DNA of 64,000 nucleotides from Elsinoe ampelina (lineage: Eukaryota), in contig ML992501.1 in assembly GCA_010093995.1 (NCBI GenBank), positions 2,173,320-2,237,319 of the forward strand, written 5' to 3'. Numbering within the stretch: position 1 is the stretch's first letter; the number at the start of each line of letters is the position of its first letter. Below the pieces are notes generated by a model. It made no database searches, had not been told where the DNA came from, and saw only the letters and a program-made list of their open reading frames with translations. The position numbers and the translations under genes are program-made. Positions 37,588-50,511 of this stretch are shown one piece after another.

Positions 37588-39553
37588 ATGAAATTCTCAT
37601 CGGCCCTCTCGGGCGCCCTTGCTGTGGCTGCCTCTGTCCTTCCCGCATCCGCCGCGCCGGCTCACGAAAAGCGCCAGAGTGGTTCTATTGTTACCACTGG
37701 TGTCACAGGCAATGGCGTTCAGAACCGACGAGAACTGCGAGACATGCAGAGGAACAATCCGGATCAGTTCAATGTCTACATTCTCGGCCTTCGTCGCATG
37801 ATGGCTGTCCCTCAAAACAACGTCCTTTCATACTACCAGATTGCCGGCATTCATGGTCGTCCCTACATCCCATACGATGGTGAATTGCCAGATGCCAACG
37901 CTCAAGGCCAACGACCCTCCGAGGGATATGGTGGAGGTTACTGCACTCACGTGTCCAACATCTTCCTTACCTGGCATCGCCCTTACCTTGCTCTGTACGA
38001 GCAGATCCTGTACAGATACGTCAACGACGTGGCGGCCGAATTCCCCAACGACGGTCGCCGACAGAGGTACCAGAACGCCGCCAGCAATTTCCGTATCCCT
38101 TACTACGACTGGGCTGCTCTACCTTGCGCCGAGTGCCTACCTTACCCCAAGCTTGTCGCGCAGATGTACCTCGATGTCGAGACTCCAAATGGAAGGCAGA
38201 CTCTCATGAACCCGCTTTTCCGCTACAACTTCACTGCCGGCGCTCCAACCGAGATGGCCTACAATCCAGTGAGTATTCACGATAAGACATGTTTGCCATG
38301 CGAACAATGCTAATGCTCCAAAGTTTGCCACATGGACCTGGACAAGACGTTACCCCAGCAGCTGGGATGTCAATAACGCGTGGAGTCAGAACGATCTGAT
38401 CGCCCCACAAGTCGCCAACAACCAGCAGAACTGGCGCGATCGTCTCTACACCCTGATCACCACTCAGGATCTGACCTTCAACCGCTTCTCAAACTCGGCC
38501 TGGTTCGCATCCAGTGGTACCGCCAATCCTGACAGTCTTGAGTCTGTTCACGACGCCATTCACTCTCTCATAGGTAGCAACGGGCATATGAGCTACCTCG
38601 ACTACTCTGCTTTTGATCCTATCTTCTTCCTCCACCACGCCATGGTGGATCGCGTCTGGGCTCTCTGGTCTGCTCTGCACGGCGGCGCCAACGGAGGTAA
38701 CACATACACCTACGTCGAAGAAGCTGCATCCCAGGGCTCTACCTTTGTCTGGCCGCAGGGTACCCGCATCAACAGCAACACCCCTCTTAGACCTTTCCAC
38801 CGCGACAGCAACCGCAACCCATGGACCTCGGAGCAAGTCCGCTCGACTACCACCTTTGGGTACCAGTATGCCGACGCACCAAACGGCGTCAACCCCAACG
38901 ATGTCGCCCGCACCGTCAACAGCTTGTACGGCGCACAGGCCGTGCGCCGCAAGCGAGATCTCGTCGCCCTGTCAAAGCGCTCCGACGACCACCACTATCA
39001 CTACATTGCCAACATTGCATCTCAGAAGTTCCAGCTCAACGGCACCTACGCCGTGTTCGTCTTCCTCGGCGAGCCTTCAGACAACCCTTCGGAGTGGGCC
39101 ACCTCTGACAAGCTCGTTGGCACCCACGGTGTGACTGCCAACCTTGCAGGCGCTGGCAGCACCATGAACACCCGCGACGTGCTCGTCACCGGTTCCATTC
39201 CTCTCACCACAAAGCTTCTCGCAAAATGTGACAGCGGCGAGCTCCCAGACCTAGAGCCAACCACCATCGAGCCATACTTGAAGAAGAACATGGAGTGGCG
39301 CGTGGCCAAGTTCGATGGTACCGCCGTCGATGCAGGCAATGTCCCAGGCCTTTCCATCTCCGTTGTCACATCCGACGTGCGCCCACCAACTGTCGACACT
39401 GAACTTCCCGTCTGGGGCCACTTCACTGCCATGCCCGACGTCACCGTCAAGAAGGTCGGTGGTCACATGGAGAAGCTGTGGGCGTTCAAGGAGAAGTGGT
39501 CTCTCGGAGAGCTCGTGGATGCTGGTTTCTCGGGCAAGTTCAAGTACGCATAG
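37588..39553 (+). CDS. Secreted tyrosinase (type-3 copper) with C-terminal cap domain
   Basis: Signal peptide plus EKR. CuA region IAGIHG, YCTH and FLTWHRPY; RIPYYDWA; CuB region SLESVHDAIH and FDPIFFLHHAMVDR; GYQY. Intron 38269-38323. Confidence 0.92.
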
Positions 39554-39966
39554 AGTCCGATGGGTGGAGGGACGACACTAATGACCTTTTTTTTCCCTTT
39601 CTTCTACACGGAAATAGTGCACAGGGAACGTGTACATAGTGGACATGGGTGGAGACGACGGCTGTACCGCATGAGGGCATCGGCTTGGACGTTTGCGGAT
39701 GGGGTTTCTTTTGATCTCGCACGGCTGGCTCCCATGGTGGACCGCCCTAATGTGTAGAATAAGCGAATTGAATACAGTAAATGCATCGTCATGTTCTACT
39801 TGTCAGTTCCCAAATGATCGCATGTGATGTGCCTGGCTTTCCCGCTCTTCATGTGAAGACTTGGCATCACCAGCGTGACCTGCTGCCGTCACGCTCGATG
39901 CCATCTGAATTTTCTCATCTCCTTGTTCACTCGAGAACATCAATTTGATCGATCACCTTGAGCACA

Positions 39967-42900
39967 ATGCCACTCAGCAAGAGAGAGCGGGGAATCGCCG
40001 CGCGGGCTGAGAAGATACTCCACGATCGTTACCTTCTCGCGCAGATGTCTGGTGAAGACCTAGATCTTCCGACCGAAGGAAGTCTCGACTCGATAAAGCA
40101 TGAGTTGAGGGAACAGAGGAGAGCAAAGAAACGCGACGCTCAAGCTCCAGTCACCGAAAAAATCCATCAGCTCACAGCGATGGTGAAGAAAAGTCTGGGT
40201 CACGCCAACCTGACCGTCGCTGGGAAAAGGGATCTCCGGAGAGAGGCGAAGAAGTTGGCCAGGACAGAGGACCAGTCGACCGATTATTCTGCTGTTGTCC
40301 AGAAGATCATCATGGAGCATGGCGCTGGAGGAGATATTCCGCAGCAGCAGGCCAAACCGAGTGGCAGGCAACCCAAGGCGGCGAAGAAGAAGACCACTCG
40401 GAGTCGGAGGAAGGCAGTGCCCGGGGGTGGACGTACTGATGCCTTCACGTTCGACTTCAACGATCTTAGTCAGGCGGTCCCATTACTAGGTGCTGGAGCT
40501 GGGGATGCAATGGAGCAGGATGCGGCCGGCGAGACGGATGCATATGGAGAGGCTCGCGGCGACCTTGTCTCGACTCAGCCGAACATGACCGCAGGTAAGA
40601 CATCAAATGTCCTCTAAAGATGAAAGTCGATGCTAACGTCATCCAATAGGTATGCACGACAGAATCGCGACGTCCGAGCATGTTCCTGTCGGCCATTCGA
40701 TCGAAGGGTGGAACATGGGAGAGGATGGAGGACGAGGACGTGAGGTTTTGGGAGGAGCGAACATTCCTTGCATGACTCGAGAGCTCGCCGAAAGTGGGTC
40801 CGGGATCGACTCCAAAAAAATTACAGCGCCTGCAAACACCGAGCTGAAAGACAAACTCTTGGTGGATATCTCAGAAGAAAATCAACAATCGGTTCGAGGG
40901 TTTTCGCCAATCTTCGACCCCGAAGCTCAGAAGTTCGATCGAGCACTTCGCCGCGCAAGGCGCAATCGTCTCAAATTTGCCCTCGATCAACGTCAGGACG
41001 AACCGGAGCAGCATGCCCCTCTCCCCAAGCAACCTAGAGCCAGAACAAAAGTAGACGCAAAATATGCAAAGCCTGCTTCTGGTATAGACGATCTAAGCGC
41101 CATCGCTCAGGATCTCATCGGCATCGTCCTATCTGCGGAGTCGCTTGCAAAAGCCAAGCGTAAGGCACAGAACAGAGCCAACAAGAAGGGGATCACACTT
41201 GAGGAAGAACTGGCCCTGTCCAAGCCCAACATGTCGACAAAGACCAAGGTCAAGAACAAGACCAAGAACAAGCACTACGAGCCGGAGGTGGACAATCCTG
41301 CCCTCGATGTCATCACCGCTTCTCGTAAGCGCATCATGGAAGGTGACTCGGACGACAGCGACATGGAGATCGACGAGGGTGAGCGTGAGCTTGAGAGGAT
41401 GATCTTTGGCGACAGCCAGAGCTTCCGTAACAACCTCAAGGCTTTCGGTCAGCAAGAGAGAAGTCTGGCTCTTGCAAAAGAGGACAACGAGGGTGGAGAG
41501 GATGACGAGGACATGGAAGGCATGGATGATTCGGACGTGAGTGCTTTTCTCTAGTAGCAGTGTTTTGCGCGTGCAGCGTTCAATCACCCTGGCGATCTAG
41601 GCGCTTCGTGATGCAATGCAATAGTAGATAGCTGAATGTGGTACAGCTCTTTTTCACAGATACAGCGGGCTCTGCGTTCCCGCCATCAGCACATGCCAAT
41701 GGCGACATCAGCGACGACTCAGACGATGCTATGGACGACACAACGAACTCTCGCAAGCCAGTGTGGCATGACAGCGATGACGAGAGGATCAGCGTATCTC
41801 TAGCCTCTGTTCCCAGATTACGGAAGCTTCGAACGACGGTAGATGAGGACGTCGTCAGCGGCAAGGAATACATCAAGCGACTCCGAAAGCAATACACCCT
41901 CCTCCATCCTACACCAGACTGGGCAACGGAAGCTCTCGCACAACCACCGACAAAGAAGCGAAGACTATCCGCCTCCTCTGATGAAGACTCGGACATCGAT
42001 CTTTCGACAGCGCCTCTTTCCTCCCTCCTCCGTAGCTCAGAGTCCCTCACCCGCACCATCCCGACATCCAAAAAGCGCAAGCTTCCTCCAACAACTCTCA
42101 ATATCCAACGCACCCCCGACCTCTCCCCGGCGCACCACGGCCCCGTCTCGACCCTCACCCACCACCCCACCCTCCCCCTCCTCATCTCCTCCTCCCACTC
42201 CACCCTCCACCTCTACCATCTTCTACCTTCTCCCCCAGCAGAAACCCCCAACCCCCTCCTCACCAGCCTTCACCTCAAATCCATTCCCCTCTCCACCGTC
42301 CTCTTCCACCCCAGCCTCCCCAAAATCTACCTCTCCTCCCGCCGCCCCTACTTCCACACCTGGGACCTCTCGTCAGGCCACGTCCAGAAAACAACCCGTC
42401 TCCTCCTCCCCTCGGGCCGCAAAGAAAAGTCCTTCGAAACCCTCCGCCTCTCCCCCTGCGGGACCTACCTCGCCGTCCTCGGCTCCAGCAAAAAGGGCGG
42501 CGAGATCCACCTCCTCTCGGCGTCGACGCACCAGCTCCTCCACACCGCGCGCGTCGAAGGCAACAACGGCGTCGCCGACTTCCAGTTCTGGCGGGACGGA
42601 CGGGGCGTGGCCATCTTGGCGAAGAACGGCGAGGTCACGGAGTGGGACATGGCCTCGGAAACCGTCGTCGCGCGGTGGCAGGACCAAGGCGCCGTCGGGG
42701 CGACCGTGCTCGCGCTGGGCGGCGAAAGCGGACAGGCGGGCAAGGGGGCCGTGATCGGGAGTGACCGTTGGGTGGCGGTGGGGAGCCAGAGCGGGGTGGT
42801 GAATGTCTACGATCGGAGGGAGTGGTACGTTGAATGGCACGCGGGGGGGCGCAAGGGTCCGGTGGTGCGGGCGGCGCCGAAACCGAAGCGTGCGTTGGAG

Positions 42901-43176
42901 CAGTTGACTACGCCGGTGAGTTGTTTGGTTTTTGATCGGGGAGGAGGGGTCTTGGCCATGGCGAGTCGGTGGAAGAAGGATGCGTTGAGGTTGGTGCATT
43001 TGCCTAGTTGTACGGTTTATAGGAATTGGCCGACCAAGGCGACGCCGTTGGGGAGGGTTGGCGGGGTGGTGTTTGGGGAGGTGGGAGGGGATGGGGAGGG
43101 GAGAGGAGAGGGGGCGTTGGGGTTGTGGGTGGGGAATGAGGCGGGGAGGGTGAGAGGGTGGGAGATCAGGGCGTGA
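39967..43176 (+). CDS. UTP18: U3 snoRNA-associated protein 18 (WD40), apparently with a long N-terminal extension
   Basis: ELERMIFGD, VWHDSDDERISVSL..RLRKLR and ASRWKKDALRLVHLPSCTVYRNWPT...TPLGR. Introns 40595-40649 and 41537-41646. A conventional-length start would be the ATG at 41231. Confidence 0.85.
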
Positions 43177-43456
43177 GGCGAAGGGAGGGTAGGAGTGATC
43201 GACGAGATCGTGGGGGATGACATGGGGTCCCGAGATCGTGCATGCAGGGGTCACTCTGGGGATGGACGATCAGTATGTAAGATGCAGGTCATGGCATCAC
43301 CACGCAGGACGAGCATCGGGCTGCCAACCAGAAGTCTAGACCCACATCAATCTGCAGACCATGAAACATCACATGTTGAACCTCCCTGTCTAGTATCGAA
43401 TCTAGCACCATACCAACCCAACCACCACCACCACCCCTCCTCCCTCCCCCGCCCAT

Positions 43457-45147
43457 CTAAACAGTAAACCTGAAAAAAGTAGCATGATCCCCCTTCTCCC
43501 TCTCCGCCGCCTTCTCCTCAACCGTATACTCCTCGGGCTTCTTATACTTCCTATCCCTCCTCCTATTCTCCCTCCTATAATAAGCCGACATAGTCGCGGA
43601 AATCGACCCACTCATAGTCAACAGACCAATAAGTATACAATGACCCTGGACATACTGGGGCCCATTCCTACTCAAGTAAATAAAACTCGCCAAAATCCCG
43701 CCCAGATTGCCACACATGGCCTGCATGGCCAACGAGATGGACCGCTTGGTGCTGCCGCCGGTGTTGTTCCCGTTCCACGCCATGCACTGCGGCACGTTGG
43801 GGTAGACGCCGCACGCGAAGAAGAAGGTGCCGGCGTATTTGACGTGGAGGTTTTTCTGGGCCACCAGCATGATGAGTCCGATGATCCCGATGAGGTTCCA
43901 GAAGACCATGAAGACGCCGCGCGAGGCGAGTCGGTCGGACGCGTAGCCTGTGCCGAGGCAGGCGACGCAGGCGAGGACGTACGGTGGCACGGTCATGAGT
44001 TGGGCTGTGTTGTTGGAGTAGCCTAGGTCGCGGACGATGGTGGGGAGGAAGAGGGAGAAGGAGTAGACTGCTGTGAAGGTGCTGCGGGGGAGGTTAGTGA
44101 GGGGTGGGATGGGAGGGGGAGGGGCAGGGGATGGGGGGACGTACCCGAGGAAGTTGAACATGTGGGCCCACACTTTCCAGTCCTTGAAGGCTTGGAAGAT
44201 GTACTTTTGCTCGTATTCTTCGGCGAGGGAGCCGCGGTCGGCGTCGAGGCGGCGGTAGATTTCGTTGCGTTCGTCGTCGGTGAGGAATTTGGCAGTGTCG
44301 CTGGGGAAAGTCAGTGAGGTGGGTACAAGTGGGGATGGATATAGCTTACGGATAGTCCTTGAATGCCCAGTATGACCAGATGGCGACGAGGACGGTGATG
44401 ATGCCTTCGAGGATGAAGATCCATGCCCACCCACCTCGACCACCTATGCCGTCCATCTCGGAGATGCCGCGTGCGAGCAGTCCACCAAAGGCGCCTGCTA
44501 CGGTTGCCATGGAGAAGAACATGGAGATACGTAGACCGCACTCGTGGCGGCGATACCATTGGGTGATGTAGAAGTTGATACCTGGGAACCTCTTAATCTC
44601 AATCATCACGTTCTAGAAAGTTGTTTGATACCTGGGAACAATCCTCCCTCGGCCAGACCAAGAGCTGAGCGTGCTGCCAAAAGACCACCAAAGTTGGTAA
44701 CCAGTCCCATGAGGGTGCAGCAGATTCCCCATGCCACCATGGTGGAAGGAAGCCAGAGAGATGGTCGTGTAATCTTCATCATGATGTTGGACGGAATCTC
44801 AGCAGCCACGTAGAATGGGTACAGGATTGCGAGGGCGATCTGGATGGTGTGAGTATGTGCCTTGTCGATGGCTGCAAAGTATGGCTTACATTATAGTGTA
44901 GACCCTTGGGGTCCATCTTGAGATCCCTCTCGAGGCCTGCGAGACGTGCATTGCCAATGTTTGTTCGGTCGAGGAAACTCAACAGGTATAGAACTACCAA
45001 TACCGGGACGATGTGAAGGTCGACCTTCCTGATGAGCTTTTTCGTCTCGGCGGCATCAAACCCGAGATGCTGGTTGGAAGAGGTCTCGGCCTTTTCAATG
45101 CTGACCGTCTCCGGTGAGTCGGCGACATGTACCTTTTCGGTCGACAT
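43457..45147 (-). CDS. MFS transporter, anion:cation symporter (Dal5/Tna1-like) family
   Basis: LSFLDRTNIGNARLAG, EIPSN, EGGLFPG, GRGGWAWIFILEG and AQLMTVPPY. Introns 44840-44889, 44582-44631, 44301-44349 and 44082-44144. Confidence 0.92.
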
Positions 45148-46273
45148 CTTGTCGGTTGCAAAGGGACAGAGGTGGATGAGAGGACGAAAGAGAAGGGAAA
45201 GAGACAGGCAGACTCGGCTCGTTCTTAATTACATGCAATGCGGCATGGTTCATATAAACCAGTCAGGTCGGCGCTGATCATGGTCCCTCGGATCTGGGAA
45301 AGAAGGCCTTACCGGTGAGACGATTGACAATGCTCCGACAAAAGTAGCACAAGAGAAGCCGTTCCAGCCAGCATCGATGGACGAGGCACGGGATGATTGA
45401 TGGGATAAGCGACACAAGAAAGGCGGCCAACTGCAAGATCCACCATTATTGGCGACAGACCTGGTCGATACATTGAGTCAGGCTAGTGTCGGGAACCACT
45501 GGCAAGCGCATGCCAAATGAACCACACGGGGGCAGCGAAAGTATGCCCAGCCAACCTGTCAGGGAGGTTGCAGCGGGGTGGCGCTCAGGCTGAGAAATGG
45601 GTGGTTCGTTCACCATGGTGGCTGCATACCGGACGCAGGAGATTGAGAGAGTCGCATCTGCTGCACGTGTGGTTATCTAGCCAATTGTGGTTACTGGTCA
45701 TGCCCTGTCTCCTTCCGAGATGAGATTGCGAGCTGTAGAGTTCGACCACGTCGCAAGATAACGCAACCGTGCCACCCTCGGTATGCACCCTCGGTGTAAT
45801 AAGCTGACGGCAGGAGGAAGGCGAGGTCCCCGGGGCCCGATGTCGTCTGTGCGAGGGCGTCTAGTGCCGACTGTGCGGTTTTTGGTTGAATTTGTGAATC
45901 AGCGGGGGATGTGCTGTCGCCAAGCCGGGCGGGCTTTTTGCTTGGATGAGATCAAGGCTCCTGATGTTTCGATCCCTTCTCCTCCCCCAAGGCTTAACCA
46001 CGCTAAGCCGACTGAAGGCTTTCGATTACTGCATGTACTCCACAACTTGGCTCTTCAGCCATGACGGGAGCCAAGTTGAGAGCCATTGTTTGTCCTCGGG
46101 CTAGTTATGTACATCTGCGATTCTGTGATCCTTCAGGCATGTTTGTGGTGGTCATCGAGACCACGCGACTGGCTTGCATTACTTCCCCATCTACCGTGCT
46201 CCTGGACCCACGTACATCGAGTCACGAGGAGGGGCTATTCTATGTGACTGTCCATTCATAGTCCCTCCCAACC

Positions 46274-46894
46274 TCACTTGGTCCTTGGAAGTTTGGGGTA
46301 TTCTGGCACCACCCACGTGCCGTACCCCGCCCCTGTTCCGACAGGGCCAGGGCTTCTGCCGCCACTGTCCCGACTATCACCACTTATGCGTCTGGTGTCG
46401 TTGCCCTGTCGGTTCAATGTTGAGGCGTCATAAGACTTGTGCATTCCTCTAGCACCCATCCCTGGCCGAGCTGTGGACGAATTCGATCTCCGTACGTCCG
46501 CTAGTCTGACATCTGGTACTGCCTGTTGGGCATCTTCTGGCATCTGGTTGGCAATCGAGTTTCGTTTCCTTCTTGACGTGCTCCGCTGGATTGAGTAATC
46601 ACTGCTCATTCTCGATTCGTACACTCTCTGGCTGGCACACGACGTACGGGTGAGTGTTGTCTGGCTTCGCTGGAGCCCTGGCCTTACCGAGGCTGATGTT
46701 CCAGTGTTGGCAATAGGTATCTCGCTAGGAGGTTGTGAAAGCGGCACAGTTTGAGACGCCACCCAAGCTTGGAGTCGAGGATCGCTCGTACCGTCTGGTG
46801 ATGTCGGTGACGACAGCTTGCCAGGTGTGATCTTTGATGAAATGTATGACATGTCGCGCGTCACCGCGTCGAGGAATGCGAGTCGAAGCGGCAT
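46274..46894 (-). CDS. Hypothetical S/R-rich protein (206 aa)
   Basis: ATG-initiated ORF in an otherwise empty 2.9-kb interval. Disordered composition and no recognisable domain. Confidence 0.45.
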   Translation of the reverse strand: MPLRLAFLDAVTRDMSYISSKITPGKLSSPTSPDGTSDPRLQAWVASQTVPLSQPPSEIPIANTGTSASVRPGLQRSQTTLTRTSCASQRVYESRMSSDYSIQRSTSRRKRNSIANQMPEDAQQAVPDVRLADVRRSNSSTARPGMGARGMHKSYDASTLNRQGNDTRRISGDSRDSGGRSPGPVGTGAGYGTWVVPEYPKLPRTK

Positions 46895-48113
46895 GACGAT
46901 GTGTTAGTGAAGAGCAATGCCCAAACAGCCGTGTTGGAATAATGTGAGAGTTCGATCGTCAAAACCCAGTAGCCTCAATGCTTCGATGTACACTCGTGGA
47001 TGTTCCGACTGGGAATGGTTGATCGTTGATTTGTTTATGAGTTGTTATCAAGTAAGTCGATTTGGCAAAGATGTCAACAGTAAAGACCTGGTCGGAATTC
47101 CGTGTTGGAATCTTGGATTTCTTCTATCCTTGCTTGTGTGGTGAAAGCTTTGATGATGTGCTGGCAGAGAGATCACGCCGCAGATTATTCGCAGATTGTT
47201 ATTCCAAAGTGGTATGATGGTTCGGTCTCGAGTCGATACCAAGAGGCGGACAAGGAGCGGTCTGGACGCAAAGACGCCCAAACAGTCCAAGCGGTGTGCG
47301 GAAACCCGGGTGGGAAATGAGGAGTCGTTAAAGAGGCTTGCAGAGAGCGAAAAGGAAATGACAACAGCAGCCCTACCGGTTTGTATATACCTGTTGATCG
47401 TAGATGATAAGTCGTATGTCTGCTAGATGAGTGTCGCGTGCTTGATGGCCATTGTCGACGCCTCTGCTTCATCAGCCCTTTCCAGCAGACCGAGTACATC
47501 ACACCGGAGGTCGATACACACTTGAGACAGCTCGCGTGAGGTCTTTGCAACTGTCGGCAAGAAGCGTTGGACATGTCGAAATGGATCAAGGTCGCACAAG
47601 ATGCATCAGAGGTGTTGCTGTGACGGGGTCATGCGCCAGTCGCAGCACATGCAGAATCCTTTCAAGAGATGCACTCATGCCCATGGTGGGCGAGCCGGAC
47701 TTCCAGCAAGCGCCCAACGGATACCAGGAGTCTGTTGCATTCTGCTGGAGCGACGAGGCAACAAGGCAGGCGAGTTTGACGGACAAGATGAATGTGCAAT
47801 TGATCGAGGTGATCCTCAGCAACGAGAATAATCTGACTGACCGCGGACCGTTTCCGCCCTTTTTGCGCCCGAACGAGGGGTCCTTGGCTATTATTGCCTT
47901 TTCGGCTCCGAAAGGTGAGATTCGCCATTTAGGGAATGCTCAAATGCCCCTCTCTGATTGATACGCTATCGGCATGGTCCTGTCCCTTCAAACAGCGACC
48001 TCTATGAAGCTTTTAGGTAAGACCAACGACGATGTCTTCTTTTTGACCTCCACTCCCTATCTCTCTCCTTCTCCGTCTCCTCGTTTCCGATTGTACCAAC
48101 AGACCTTTTCATT

Positions 48114-50387
48114 ATGGCACCATCCATTGAATCTGCCCCGCTGCCCACGCACCCAACAAAACAGAATTCGCCACACATCTTCGCTCCCTTATCTGGTGAC
48201 GAGATCAAGAATGCTGCCACTTTGATCAAGAAAGAGTGGCCGGAGAACACGGCCTTCTACTTCAGATCCATCACACTCGAGGAAGCGCCCAAGTCAGAAG
48301 CCATCAAGTACCTCGATGCTGAACACAGTGGCAACGCTCTACCTTCGGTCGACAGAAAGGCTTTTGTCGTCTACCAGATTGTACAGACTGTATGTGGAGA
48401 TTTTAAGTCCAGAGAAGATTAAAGACTGACCTGATGTAGGACAAGCTCCATGAAGCCATTGTCAATCTGAGCTCGCAAAGTGTCGAGAGGAATGTCCGTT
48501 TGGGCAAGAATGTCCATGCACCACTTTCTGGGGAGGAGATCATTTTCATCGAGAAAATCGCTTTGGAAGATCCTGGCGTGCAGGCTGCCATTGGCAAGCT
48601 GAAGCTACCAGAAGGCACGGTCATCGTCTGCGACCCCTGGCCTTATGGATCCGATGGCGTCGGCGATGACGACAGGACCTTCCAATGCTTCCTGTACATG
48701 AGAGATCCTACGAACGCATCCGAGGAGGATTCTAATCATTATGCTCTCCCTCTCAACATCTCCCCGGTCGTAGATGGCGTGACGCGCAAGGTCATCAGGA
48801 TCGATTACTCCCCTACCGGCAAGGACAATACCACCAAGGAGCCTGAACCATGGAAGGCTAAGCCTGCCAACGAATACATCAACAAGTATCAAGAGCTCCG
48901 CAGTGATCTCAAGCCCTTGCAAGTTGTTCAGCCAGAAGGTGCCAGTTTCACCGTCACCAAACAAGGCACCCTCAGTACTCTTGCCTGGCAGAAGTGGAAC
49001 TTCAAGATTGGTTTCAATGCCCGCGAAGGCATGGTCCTCTACGATGTCCGCTACGACTCCAGGCCACTGTTCTTCCGCCTATCACTCTCCGACATGAACA
49101 TTCCCTACGCCGACCCACGCCATCCCTTCCACAAGAAGTCAGCCTTTGACCTCGGTGACGCTGGCGCCGGCATTATGGCCAACGACCTCCAACTCGGCTG
49201 CGACTGCCTCGGCTCCATCCACTATCTCTCCGCCGACCTCTCCGACGAACACGGTGACCTCCTCCCTATGCCGAACTGCGTCTGCATCCACGAACAAGAT
49301 GCCGGCCTCCTGTGGAAACACACCAACTACCGCACCGGCCGCGCCGCTCTAGCCCGCAACCGCGAGCTCGTCATCCAAAGCATCATCACCGTCGCCAACT
49401 ACGAGTACATCCTCGCATTCATCTTCAACCAAGCCGGCGAGATCCACTACGAAGTCCGCGCCACCGGCATCCTCTCCACCCAACCCATCGACGACGACAT
49501 CTCCGTCCCCTGGGGCACCGTGGTCCACCCCGGCGTCCTCGCAGCGCACCACCAACACATTTTCTCCCTACGCATCGACCCCATGATCGACGGCCACAAG
49601 AACCGCGTCGTCTACGACGAAGCCCTCCCCATGCCCCGCAGCGACTTCAACCCCCACGGCACAGGCTACCAGACGGAAGAAACCCTCATCGAGCGATCCG
49701 GCGGGTACGACCTGGACATAGACCGCAACCGGATCTTCAAGATCCAGAACTCGAAAGTGCGCAACAAGATCAACGGCAAGCCGGTGGGGTACAAGATCAT
49801 GGCGCCGCCCTTCCAGAAGATTCTCAGCGACAAGGAGAGTTTCAACTACAGACGCGCCGAGTTCAGCGATCGGAATTTCTACGTGGTCAAGTACCGCGAC
49901 GACGAACTGTTCGCGGGGGGCAAGTACACGAACCAGAGCCGGGGTGGGACGGGGGTGAGGAGTTGGGCGGAGAGGAAAGAGGGAGTCAAGGACGAGGATT
50001 TGGTCGTGTTTGTGCAGTTTGGGATTAACCATGTGAGTTTCCTCTTACCATTCTGTTACTGACACATGACGTTCGCCGCTTCAATGAACCTCGCTGATAT
50101 CGCGACAGATTCCCAGGATTGAGGACTTCCCTGTCATGCCTAGCGAGATTATCAGGGTTATGCTCAAGCCGGTCAATTTCTTCGAGAAGAACCCGGGGAT
50201 TGATGTCCCGCCTTCGACGCAGGAGTTTAACAAGAGTACGTTGTTGAGTGAGCAGCACCGTCAGCCTGCTACCGTGGGGACGGTGGATGGGGATGGAGGC
50301 GTGTGCTGCTCGAATGGGAATGGTACAAATGGTGCGAACGGCAACGCGAATGGGAATGGCACCAATGGCAGCAACGGAGTGCACTGA
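48114..50387 (+). CDS. Copper-containing amine oxidase
   Basis: TPQ-precursor motif TVANYEY, copper ligands HQH and NH(IPR), LGCDCLG and EDFPVMP. Introns 48390-48439 and 50033-50108. Confidence 0.95.
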
Positions 50388-50511
50388 GGCGGCCAGATAG
50401 ACGACTCTTGACGATCATGACGATCATGACCATACACCCACAGACTGACTGATTCTATTCATCTTGTCCGAATATATGCCCACTTGTCTTGCGTCACCGA
50501 GTGATAGACAC

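Noticed and set aside
41537..41646. 110-nt UTP18 intron as a possible snoRNA host
   Set aside because: Only a degenerate box C (GTGATGC), and the CTGA coincides with the branch site.
41843..43254. Long alternative-frame and antisense ORFs over UTP18 (similar ones over AP-1 beta, amine oxidase and the DUF3824-like gene)
   Set aside because: Explained by stop-codon depletion in GC-skewed coding sequence.
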